A DNA stretch of 49,481 nt, taken from the NCBI GenBank assembly GCA_030640625.1, contig DAOWJB010000011.1, positions 1 through 49,481 of the forward strand, given 5' to 3'. The DNA is from Bacteroides sp. Lineage in GTDB: Bacteria > Bacteroidota > Bacteroidia > Bacteroidales > SM23-62. Below are positions 37,213 through 45,397 of the stretch, one piece after another (the stretch's first letter is position 1; every line of letters begins with the position of its first letter). The position numbers and the translations under genes are program-made. The notes beneath the pieces are model-generated. The model had not been told where the DNA came from and did no database searches. It saw only the letters and a program-made list of their open reading frames with translations.

Positions 37213-37983
37213 ATGAATCTTTTTCTGAAGAACCCCCTGATCTTTTTTGATCTGGAAACCACCGGCATCAATATAGCAAGTGACAGGATCGTTGAGATAT
37301 CATGGCTGAAGATCCAGCCTGCAGGTACGGAATCAGGCCAGACCCAGCTCGTTAATCCAACCATACCTATCGATCCCCGGGCCATCGAAATACATGGTAT
37401 AACCGATGAGGATGTGAAGGATAAACCCACGTTCGCAGAGATAGCCAGGACCCTGGCCAAGGAATTCGAAGGATGTGATTTTGCGGGGTATAATTCAAAT
37501 AAATTTGATATACCCCTGCTGGCAGAGGAATTTTTACGGGCCGGGGTTGATTTTGACTTGAGGAAAAGGAAATTCATTGATGTACAGGTGATTTTTCATA
37601 AAATGGAACAGCGAACCCTCATTGCGGCCTATAAATTTTATTGCCAGAAAGAATTGAAAGATGCACATAGTGCGGAAGCTGATACCCGTGCCACCTATGA
37701 GATCCTGAAGGCACAGCTCGACCGGTATGAAATACTGCAGAACGATATTGATTTTCTGTCAGGCTTCTCCAAGCACAACAGGGCCGTAGATCTTGCCGGC
37801 CGGATCATATATAATGATAAGGATATTGAAGTATTTAATTTTGGAAAGTATAAAGGAGAGCCTGTCGAGGAAGTCCTGAAAAAGGACCCCGGTTATTTTG
37901 GCTGGATACTGCATGGTGATTTCCCTATGTATACAAAGAAAGTCCTGACCAATATCAAATTAAGGGCTTTTGGTAAAACCTAA
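37213..37983 (+). CDS. DEDDh 3'-5' exonuclease (DnaQ/epsilon-like) with a C-terminal extension
   Basis: 256 aa with Exo I FFDLETTG, Exo II HGITDEDV../NSNKFDIPLL, and Exo III HSAEADTRAT. Confidence 0.85.
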   Translation: MNLFLKNPLIFFDLETTGINIASDRIVEISWLKIQPAGTESGQTQLVNPTIPIDPRAIEIHGITDEDVKDKPTFAEIARTLAKEFEGCDFAGYNSNKFDIPLLAEEFLRAGVDFDLRKRKFIDVQVIFHKMEQRTLIAAYKFYCQKELKDAHSAEADTRATYEILKAQLDRYEILQNDIDFLSGFSKHNRAVDLAGRIIYNDKDIEVFNFGKYKGEPVEEVLKKDPGYFGWILHGDFPMYTKKVLTNIKLRAFGKT

Positions 37984-38601
37984 ATGCAGATGAAGATAAT
38001 TTGTCTGGCCAAAAACTACGTGGCCCATGTTAAAGAATTTGACAGTGTCGTACCTGCAGAGCCAGTATTCTTTATGAAGCACGAAAATTGCATTGTAAGG
38101 AATAACAAACCTTTCTATTACCCGGAATTTAGCGAAAATATTCATTATGAAGTTGAGGTTGTATTGAAAATCAGCAAAGTAGGTAAGAATATTGAGAAAA
38201 AATTTGCCCATAGATATTTCGATGAGATTGGACTGGGGATAGACTTTACGGCAAGGGATCTGCAAAATATGGCCAAGGACAAGGGCAATCCATGGGAAAT
38301 AGCCAAGTCCTTCGATTATTCTGCACCTCTGAGCGATTTTATCCCGGTTTCAGCTGTTAATGATGTTAACAAACTGGATTTCCGGCTTGATGTAAATGGA
38401 TCAACCGTTCAGGAAGGGAACACAGAACTGATGATCTTTCCCCTTGATGTACAGATATCCTACATATCCCGTTTTATCACCTTGAAAACCGGCGATCTTT
38501 TATTTACGGGCACACCGGCAGGAGTTGGTCCGGTTAAGATCGGTGACCGTCTGGAAGCTTACCTGGAAGAAAAGAAAATGCTTGATTTTAATGTGAAATA
38601 A
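37984..38601 (+). CDS. Fumarylacetoacetate hydrolase (FAH)-family protein
   Basis: 205 aa with KIICLAKNY..H, E.E....I, DFTARDLQ, and GDLLFTGTPAGVGP. It starts on the base after the exonuclease stop. Confidence 0.85.
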   Translation: MQMKIICLAKNYVAHVKEFDSVVPAEPVFFMKHENCIVRNNKPFYYPEFSENIHYEVEVVLKISKVGKNIEKKFAHRYFDEIGLGIDFTARDLQNMAKDKGNPWEIAKSFDYSAPLSDFIPVSAVNDVNKLDFRLDVNGSTVQEGNTELMIFPLDVQISYISRFITLKTGDLLFTGTPAGVGPVKIGDRLEAYLEEKKMLDFNVK

Positions 38602-38790
38602 AATCTTTTTCAACTTCCCTGGGACTGCACCGGTGAAAGAATTCATCAATTTACCCGATTTTCAGCCTTGCGATATAAAGGGTTTCGAAGATCTGACAAA
38701 TTTTGGCTCCCGGTTTCTGCATAAACATTTCATAATCCGCAAAGTAAAAAAACTTATTTATGGGTATTGTTCAGTAATGGAAAAAAGAGT

Positions 38791-38798
38791 TATATTTG
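38791..38798 (+). promoter_or_regulatory. Candidate -7 promoter box (TATATTTG) upstream of the 38881 gene
   Basis: Exact TAnnTTTG, but 82 nt upstream of the ATG. This implies an unusually long leader that contains the 38838..38872 hairpin. Confidence 0.3.
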
Positions 38799-38837
38799 GA
38801 AAATAATATATAAAAATCTTAAAATATTTAATTAACC

Positions 38838-38872
38838 GGTCTGTTTTGCACTGATCAATTGCAGAACAGGCC
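38838..38872 (+). promoter_or_regulatory. 13-bp stem / 9-nt loop hairpin immediately upstream of the 38881 start codon
   Basis: GGTCTGTTTTGCA / TGCAGAACAGGCC pair as 11 Watson-Crick plus 2 G-U pairs on the plus-strand RNA only. The loop is CTGATCAAT. No T-run follows, and the hairpin ends 8 nt before the ATG. Confidence 0.5.
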
Positions 38873-38880
38873 ATAAATGC

Positions 38881-39537
38881 ATGATCGATACAGTAAATAC
38901 CGGTTACATGTACGTATTCCTGCTGGATTCCCCGGTAAATGGAATTGGTACAGCTTCTATCTCCGGGTCACTGTTGGAGACTGATGGTAAGCACGATCGC
39001 TCAAAGCCTTTGGTTAATGCCCCTGTCTACCTGGCGGATGCCAAGGACGGTTGTTATATTGCTGCGGGACTAACGGGTGAAAAAGGTGAGTTTTGTTTTT
39101 TTAACCTGTTGACAGGTGAATATCGCCTCAAAGTCGAGCATGACGGGACGGTCAAATGTGATGAAAGGATGCAATTGAAGATCGATTCAGATGGCCTGCA
39201 GATCAATCTCACTGCCAAACTGGATAATCGAAAGATGGTAACGACAATTTCGGGAAACAGGCCCGCTGTTCATCTGAATCCACTGGGCAGGGGAATCAGT
39301 TTTGATCCCAATCCAAGTATAGATGGAAAACTGAACCTGATCTCAACGGAGGCATTTAAAAGGCTGAAACTGGAGATCTCGGATCTTTCGGGCTGGATTG
39401 TAATGACGATGGATCTGGATGAGGTTCAGGCCGGATACAGGGATGCATTCGATCTGGGGAACCTGGAGAAGGGGACATACATACTTGAAATATCGACCAA
39501 CAGGGACCGCTTGTCAAAACAGCTGATTCTTCAATAA
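38881..39537 (+). CDS. Hypothetical protein with a carboxypeptidase-regulatory-like fold and a T9SS-type C-terminal sorting domain; no signal peptide (possible truncated remnant)
   Basis: 218 aa. The N-terminal part (ISGSLLETDG..PLVNAPVYL..GEKGEFCFFNLLTGEYRLKV) resembles CarboxypepD_reg-like domains. The last ~70 aa (LKLEISDLSGWIVM..LGNLEKGTYILEISTNRDRLSKQLILQ) resemble Por/T9SS C-terminal domains. An in-frame stop at 38833 forbids N-terminal extension. Confidence 0.6.
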   Translation: MIDTVNTGYMYVFLLDSPVNGIGTASISGSLLETDGKHDRSKPLVNAPVYLADAKDGCYIAAGLTGEKGEFCFFNLLTGEYRLKVEHDGTVKCDERMQLKIDSDGLQINLTAKLDNRKMVTTISGNRPAVHLNPLGRGISFDPNPSIDGKLNLISTEAFKRLKLEISDLSGWIVMTMDLDEVQAGYRDAFDLGNLEKGTYILEISTNRDRLSKQLILQ

Positions 39538-39629
39538 TTTTTTCTGCTTTTATTAGGGTAAGGGTTTTCATTATCTGCTCCGAGATGGCAACCCTTTATT
39601 TATTCACCCGGCCTGCGCCTGCTTGATTG

Positions 39630-40478
39630 CTAAACATGGGAGAGGATGGAATTCTCTTCATCGAGCAACATGAAAAAATGCTGAATTTCCCTTTCATATG
39701 CCAGTTTCGGCATAAGTCTGTCGGGTTTTAACAGGTTAATCTGCTTATCGATACATTCCCGGAATACATGGATCAGTTCAGGTTTCCAATCCGGTCTTTC
39801 GGCTTCTCCTGCATATGCTTCTGACAGTCCAAGATAGAATTCGCAGGTAATCCAGAAACGGATCTCCTGGCGGCTAATAAAATCGCTGAGATTCTCCAAT
39901 ATACTTTTCAGGTTGTTAAAGCGATTGTTGAGATTCTCCAGTACCCTGCCCGGGAGATCCTCAGGCTTGATCCCACGGAGCAGGTAAATCTCGGCATACC
40001 GGTAAATGCCTGTATAACCGAATGCATCCATATCATCACTTGTGCCCAGCAGCCCGAGAAGTTGTATGGCAGGTTCCCCGGTAAATGACTTCCTACGGAA
40101 TGACTTATCGTCGTGGTGCTCTATTGCTTCGAGAATTTCATGGTATCCCTCCGGAAGAGCGTGATCCCCCCTGTTAAAAAATTCCTCACAAAGCCGTCTG
40201 CTTTCCAGTCCATGTTTCTCATCGCGGGTGTATATGAGTCCCGTATCATGAAAAAATGCCGCCAGCATCAGCTGTTCCGGCAGTTCAGGAGATATTTGAA
40301 ACCCGGCACCGGCCAGGATAAGTATCAATTCTTTGGCATGATTCCAGACACGGTAGTGATGCAGGTGGTCATGGGATGGCAGGAATACCTCTGAAAACAG
40401 GTTATTGCAATGATTAAGCAGGGGGAGTAACCACATCTCCTCCGTGTCCCGTATATTGTTTTTCAATTTTTGCATCAA
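39630..40478 (-). CDS. HD-domain metal-dependent phosphohydrolase, function unknown
   Basis: 282 aa with H..H (SHDHLHHYRVWNH), FFHDTG, and EHHDD, the HD superfamily metal ligands. It has a 4-nt overlap with the pyk stop. Confidence 0.8.
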   Translation of the reverse strand: MMQKLKNNIRDTEEMWLLPLLNHCNNLFSEVFLPSHDHLHHYRVWNHAKELILILAGAGFQISPELPEQLMLAAFFHDTGLIYTRDEKHGLESRRLCEEFFNRGDHALPEGYHEILEAIEHHDDKSFRRKSFTGEPAIQLLGLLGTSDDMDAFGYTGIYRYAEIYLLRGIKPEDLPGRVLENLNNRFNNLKSILENLSDFISRQEIRFWITCEFYLGLSEAYAGEAERPDWKPELIHVFRECIDKQINLLKPDRLMPKLAYEREIQHFFMLLDEENSILSHV

Positions 40479-41917
40479 ACGTAGCTCAGTTTGATCATAT
40501 TTGTCCTGCCACGTTCCAGGACAGGTGTGCTGCCAACATGTATCACCACGTCTTCTTCCTGGATCAGGTTCATTTCAAGCAGCCGTTCAATGGACCGGTT
40601 GATAGCTTCATCGATGCTGTTAAAAGTCTCTGAATAATAGGTACGTACTCCCCATACGAGGGATAACTTGTTGACAATGCGTTTGTTGTCGGTGAAGGCG
40701 AAAATGGCTGCCTTTGGACGGTGACTGGCTATCCGGTAAGCCGTATAGCCGGAATGTGTAAAAGTAATGATCGCCCTGGCATCTGTCTGTTCCGCCATTT
40801 TGCAGGCGCTGAAGCAGATGGAGTCTGACAGATATGTCCGGCTGAATTCCCTGGGTGGATTGCTCCTGAAAAATGCAAATCCTTTCTCGGTGGTATCAAT
40901 GATCTTCTGCATGCTTCTTACCACTCCTACCGGGTATTTCCCGACAGATGTTTCTCCGCTTAACATCAATGCATCGGCCCCGTCAAGTACCGCATTTCCT
41001 ACATCGTTGGCCTCTGCCCTGGTAGGCCTGAAGTTCGTGATCATGCTTTCCATCATTTGTGTGGCAATGATAACGGGTTTGCTTTTGGCCATGCATTTTT
41101 CTACCAGCTCTTTCTGGATCAGTGGAACCTGGTCAAAGGGAACTTCGACCCCCAGATCCCCCCTGGCAACCATGACGGCATCAGCCATATCTATGATCTG
41201 GTTGATCTCTTTCAGTGCCTCGGGTTTTTCAATTTTCGCCACAACCCTGGCTGTCGGGAGTTTACTGTGTTTGATCAATTCCTTTAACTCAAGCAGGTCG
41301 GTGACCGACCTGACGAAAGAGAGGGCAATCCAGTCAATTTCCTGGCTGAGGGCAAAGTGGGCATCGGCAATATCCTTTTCCGTAAGGCTTGGAAGGGAGA
41401 TTTCAGTATCAGGCAGATTTACTCCCTTTTTTGAGGAAAGGATTCCCCCGGAAATCACCTTCATCGTCACCTCATCCTCGCCATTAGTACCGGTGACTTC
41501 CAGCTGGATCTTACCATCATCTACCAGGATCTGCTCCCCTGCTTTGACATCCCTGGGAAGTTGTGCGTAACTCATATAGGCACGCTGGGCATTTCCAATA
41601 CAGGGTTTATTAACAAATGAAAAGGTACTGCCATCAACCAGTTCAACACCATTGTTCTCCATATCCCCGATCCTGAGTTTGGGTCCCTGAAGATCGGCCA
41701 GTATGGCAACGGTAGACTCATTTTCTTCGTTGATCTTCTTTATGAGTTTAATCGTCTTGAGATGATCATCGTGGTTTCCATGCGAAAAATTTAACCGGCA
41801 GACATCAATGCCTTCTTCAAATAACCTTTCCAGGACTTCCTGGGATGTTGATGCGGGTCCAAGGGTGGCAATAACCTTGGTATGCGATCTTTCATGACGG
41901 AATTTTAAAGTGGTCAT
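40475..41917 (-). CDS. pyk: Pyruvate kinase
   Basis: 480 aa with TKVIATLGPAS, NFSHG, the MVARGDLGVE.P context, and ATQMLESM-like QMMESMI. Confidence 0.93.
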   Translation of the reverse strand: MTTLKFRHERSHTKVIATLGPASTSQEVLERLFEEGIDVCRLNFSHGNHDDHLKTIKLIKKINEENESTVAILADLQGPKLRIGDMENNGVELVDGSTFSFVNKPCIGNAQRAYMSYAQLPRDVKAGEQILVDDGKIQLEVTGTNGEDEVTMKVISGGILSSKKGVNLPDTEISLPSLTEKDIADAHFALSQEIDWIALSFVRSVTDLLELKELIKHSKLPTARVVAKIEKPEALKEINQIIDMADAVMVARGDLGVEVPFDQVPLIQKELVEKCMAKSKPVIIATQMMESMITNFRPTRAEANDVGNAVLDGADALMLSGETSVGKYPVGVVRSMQKIIDTTEKGFAFFRSNPPREFSRTYLSDSICFSACKMAEQTDARAIITFTHSGYTAYRIASHRPKAAIFAFTDNKRIVNKLSLVWGVRTYYSETFNSIDEAINRSIERLLEMNLIQEEDVVIHVGSTPVLERGRTNMIKLSYV

Positions 41918-42765
41918 ATTTGATTGTTATATATATAGTTTTTAAAGTATTTCTCACAATTTTGCCTCAACTCAGCGGCCAGCTGTTCATCATAAGATGC
42001 CTGGGAAGATTTCCGGATCTTCATCCCGGCAAAATATTCGCCTGAAACGGCGCCGGTCTCTCTGGCTGTGGCAAGGTACACCAATCCCCTTGCAGCTTTG
42101 GCCGGACTCATAGCCATCAGGCTGGCTGATATTTTTACAAACGCACCGGCATCCCTGAAAAGCCCGGTGTTAACCCAACCCGGTGCAATGCAGTTGACAC
42201 TGATCTTTGTATCCTCCAGCTTCCTGGCCAGGGACTTGGTATACAAGACATTGCAGAGTTTGCTCTGGGTGTAGGCATCAATGGACCTCCATTTACGGCT
42301 GCTGAATTCGAGATCATTCAGTTCCAGTTTACCGCGAAAATGAATCCCGGAGGTAAGATTAATGATACGTGCCGCTTCGGGCATTTTCATTAAGGGTAAT
42401 AACTGTTCCGTCATCAAAAAGGGGGCCAGGTAGTTAACAGCCAGGTGACTCTCAATCCCATCCTGTGTGAGTATTCTTTTGGAATTCCAGAGTCCTGCAT
42501 TATTGATCAAAATATCCAGGCTGTTGTATAATTTCCTGAATCCGGTGGTAAAATCAGTGATCGATTCAAAGGAAGCCAGGTCACATGGAAAAAATTGTAT
42601 GGCCTGATTACCGGTTTCGCGCCTGAGTTCCTCCTGCACTTTCAGGGCGCTCTCTTTATTTCTGCCAGGGAAGGAGATACGTGCACCCAGGTTTCCCAGT
42701 GCCCGGGCTGTTTCTTTCCCGATCCCGGAGGTGGCACCTGTGATGAGTATATGTTTATCTTTCAT
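41914..42765 (-). CDS. Short-chain dehydrogenase/reductase (SDR) family oxidoreductase
   Basis: 283 aa with TGATSGIGKETA (TGxxxGxG), NNAG, and the catalytic YTQSK (YxxxK). Confidence 0.88.
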   Translation of the reverse strand: MKDKHILITGATSGIGKETARALGNLGARISFPGRNKESALKVQEELRRETGNQAIQFFPCDLASFESITDFTTGFRKLYNSLDILINNAGLWNSKRILTQDGIESHLAVNYLAPFLMTEQLLPLMKMPEAARIINLTSGIHFRGKLELNDLEFSSRKWRSIDAYTQSKLCNVLYTKSLARKLEDTKISVNCIAPGWVNTGLFRDAGAFVKISASLMAMSPAKAARGLVYLATARETGAVSGEYFAGMKIRKSSQASYDEQLAAELRQNCEKYFKNYIYNNQI

Positions 42766-43415
42766 TCGACATAATCCAGGTATGTACGGGGCGTCTGGCC
42801 AAATCCCATGACACAGTTATAATCATATGTTTTGTGTGGTTTAATGGCCACGCCAATGGAGTTGAATTTTGGGCTCAGCAGGTTTTTACGGTGTCCCAGG
42901 TCTTCAATGCCTTCATCAATTAGCAATTGGATAACAATCTCAAGGGGTGTATACTGCCCATAATAGATGTTTTCGCCCACCTCAGTATATTTTGTCATCA
43001 GGGGTGAAAATCTTTGTTTAAAGCCCTTATGCCCCTGGTAACCCTTTTTTCCAGACCAGCTGGCATGCTCTCTTGACACCTTGTAAAGGTCTCTCTCGGG
43101 CAGCAGCATGGGAAGGTTCTTGACCAGTTTGAGTTCTTTGAATAGAGACCGGGTATAGCTGTTTGGTTTTATCTTTTTGATCTTGAGATATTCTTTCAGG
43201 AAGGTGCTGGCAAAAAGGGAACCATCAGACCTGGCCAGGTTTGTATACATGATGATCTTTTTCTCATCTTCACTTAGGAAATCAGCATCTTTTGCTGTAT
43301 TCGCCTGCAGGATGATGTCACTGTTCCAATCCCAGCGAAAACTATAGTTCTGGGCCTGCAATGAGGCAATAAATATAAATATTGAAATGGTAAATATGAT
43401 GCTTGACTTGTTCAT
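42762..43415 (-). CDS. Exported CAP/SCP (PR-1-like) domain protein
   Basis: 217 aa with a signal peptide (IIFTISIFIFIASLQAQ). The CAP-like C-terminal part has GHKGF...GENI.. and GHRKNLLSPKFNSIGVA. Confidence 0.72.
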   Translation of the reverse strand: MNKSSIIFTISIFIFIASLQAQNYSFRWDWNSDIILQANTAKDADFLSEDEKKIIMYTNLARSDGSLFASTFLKEYLKIKKIKPNSYTRSLFKELKLVKNLPMLLPERDLYKVSREHASWSGKKGYQGHKGFKQRFSPLMTKYTEVGENIYYGQYTPLEIVIQLLIDEGIEDLGHRKNLLSPKFNSIGVAIKPHKTYDYNCVMGFGQTPRTYLDYVE

Positions 43416-43419
43416 CCAT

Positions 43420-43875
43420 CTACGCTTTTGTAAACTCCCTGATCATATATATATCATAGTCACGGAAAGAAAAAAACCCAAGCTTTTCATATAATTGTTT
43501 GGCAGCCTTGTTTTCCTTATGCACCTCCATTTTTACCTGTTGTCCGGTACTCCTGAGCCAATCCAGTGATGCCACTGCAAGTTTCATTCCAAGACCCATG
43601 TTCTGCAGGGCCGGTTTAATACCAAAATGATGCAGATACATGCGCCTTCCATCCCAGGTCATCCATGAAGAGCCGATGATCTCACCCGTATCCTGGTCTT
43701 CCATCACCAGCAAACGGCCCCCATGTGCATTGCAGCGTTCAATAACATCAGCATCATCCTTGCGTTCGGGTTGTGCCAAGCCGGTTTCTTCCCAAAGTCT
43801 GTCCAAAGAAGCATAATCGGTTTCCTGGTAATCCCGGATAACAGTTGACAGCCTGTTATGTTCAGCCTTCTTCAT
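43420..43875 (-). CDS. GNAT-family N-acetyltransferase
   Basis: 151 aa with LHHFGIKPALQNMGLGMKL (acetyl-CoA-binding motif A) and A..LYEKLGF. Confidence 0.85.
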   Translation of the reverse strand: MKKAEHNRLSTVIRDYQETDYASLDRLWEETGLAQPERKDDADVIERCNAHGGRLLVMEDQDTGEIIGSSWMTWDGRRMYLHHFGIKPALQNMGLGMKLAVASLDWLRSTGQQVKMEVHKENKAAKQLYEKLGFFSFRDYDIYMIREFTKA

Positions 43876-45295
43876 TTATTTTTATCACATAGATCTGTCC
43901 GGTTTCATACCTGGTAATCTTAACTGTCTCACCCTTGTTGATATATCCATATTCAGAAACGGCATCATAGATCTCATCATCAACGACGACTTTGCCGGCT
44001 GGCCGCAGAACAGAATCAACAATCCCTGTCCGTCCTACCAGGTCTTTTTGCTGGCTCTCTACACCCAGGAACCCATCTTCCGTGGCCAGGTTACGATCAA
44101 GGGCCAGTCCGGCAAAGGCTTTACTGGTAAACAGCTGTTTACCGAGATATATCGAAAGGATAAACGAAAGGAACATGGAGGCTATGACAATAAAGAATTT
44201 CTTGATGATTTCTATAAAGGCAATATTCCATTCCAGTTCGAAGACAATATTGTCCACCATGGCCAGTGTGAGTCCGGTGATAATCAGAATGATCCCGGAT
44301 ATCCCGGCTACTCCAAAACCGGGAATGGCAAATATTTCCACGGCGATCAGTATCACACCCACGATAAACAGCATAAGCTCCCAATTTTCTGCAAGTCCCT
44401 CAAGATACAGGGGAGCGAAGTACAGGATGGCCGCAATGATGGATGCTGCCAGGGGAAAGCCGATGCCCGGGGACTGTAACTCAAAGTATAGACCGCCTAC
44501 GATGATCATGATGAGCAATCCACTGATCATGGGATTAAGCAGGAATCCTATGATCTTGTCCAGTCCAGTGGCTTTATGCCGTTTGATATCATAATTCTCT
44601 ATATGAGCTGCCTCAATTACTTTCTCGATGTTTTCGGCGGGACCTTCACAGAACCCGTGTTCTATGGCCTCTTCAGTGGTGAAGGTCAGGACTTTCCCTG
44701 TATCTATGATACCTTCAATATAGATGCTGGCATCAACCATGGCCTCAGCAATCCTGGGATCCCTGTGCCAGGTGATGATGGTATCGTTACCGGAGATCAC
44801 CGTATCCCTTCCATGTGATTCAGCCGTTGCACGCATGGTAGAACGCATGAAGGACTGGTATTTATCCGGGACGACCTCGCCTGTCTGGTTCACAACCGTG
44901 GCAGCGCCAATGCTTCCACCGGGGCGCATGTAGATACTGTCACAGGCAATCGATATCAGGGCACCTGCAGAAGCTGCATTATTATCAATAAAAACCCATA
45001 CGGGAATGGGACTGTTAAGGATTTTGGTACGGATGGAATCTGCTGCATCAAGCATGCCTCCGTATGTATTTAAATGAATGATAACAAGGTCTGCATCAAG
45101 GTCGGTGGCCTCCTCGAATGCTCTATTGGTCAGTCTCCATGCAGGAGGAGCAATATTTTCCATGATATCAAACACATATATCAAGGTTTTATCATTCTGT
45201 TCTTCAGTCGATTCTCCTGCCTGTTGTGCAGAAAGAAGGAGCATTGAAAGAAGTAACAGGAAGTAGGCGGAATATTTTCTCGTAGATCGTACCAT
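43862..45295 (-). CDS. NfeD-family membrane-bound ClpP-class serine protease (long form)
   Basis: 477 aa. It has a signal/anchor, a ClpP-like N-domain (HLNTYGGMLDAA, NNAASAGALIS), about 5 transmembrane helices, and a C-terminal NfeD OB-fold (GRTGIVDSVLRPAGKVVVDDEIYDAVSE..I..GE.V.I). Confidence 0.85.
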   Translation of the reverse strand: MVRSTRKYSAYFLLLLSMLLLSAQQAGESTEEQNDKTLIYVFDIMENIAPPAWRLTNRAFEEATDLDADLVIIHLNTYGGMLDAADSIRTKILNSPIPVWVFIDNNAASAGALISIACDSIYMRPGGSIGAATVVNQTGEVVPDKYQSFMRSTMRATAESHGRDTVISGNDTIITWHRDPRIAEAMVDASIYIEGIIDTGKVLTFTTEEAIEHGFCEGPAENIEKVIEAAHIENYDIKRHKATGLDKIIGFLLNPMISGLLIMIIVGGLYFELQSPGIGFPLAASIIAAILYFAPLYLEGLAENWELMLFIVGVILIAVEIFAIPGFGVAGISGIILIITGLTLAMVDNIVFELEWNIAFIEIIKKFFIVIASMFLSFILSIYLGKQLFTSKAFAGLALDRNLATEDGFLGVESQQKDLVGRTGIVDSVLRPAGKVVVDDEIYDAVSEYGYINKGETVKITRYETGQIYVIKINEEG

Positions 45296-45361
45296 AATTT
45301 AGCATATTTGATGATAAAAATACAAAAAAGGATGGTTCATCAGATCGTCTTAAAAAACTTA

Positions 45362-45369
45362 TAACTTTG
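45362..45369 (+). promoter_or_regulatory. Candidate -7 promoter box (TAACTTTG) for purB
   Basis: Exact TAnnTTTG, 28 nt upstream of the purB ATG. Confidence 0.45.
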
Positions 45370-45397
45370 CGTACTAATCGTCCTAACCATTAATTGA

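Noticed and set aside
39560-39596. A possible terminator hairpin (AAGGGTT...AACCCTT) between the convergent 38881 gene and the HD gene.
   Set aside because: It has a 7-bp stem, a ~23-nt loop and only a weak T/A tract, which is too weak to call as a feature.
40767-41570. A 267-aa plus-strand ORF, the longest unassigned ORF in the window.
   Set aside because: It lies entirely antisense to pyruvate kinase. Its product is Ser/Leu/Thr-rich and low-complexity, with no start context or promoter box.
43992-44594. 200-aa and 143-aa plus-strand ORFs inside the NfeD gene.
   Set aside because: They are antisense shadow ORFs. The NfeD reading frame has clear protease, transmembrane and OB-fold segments.
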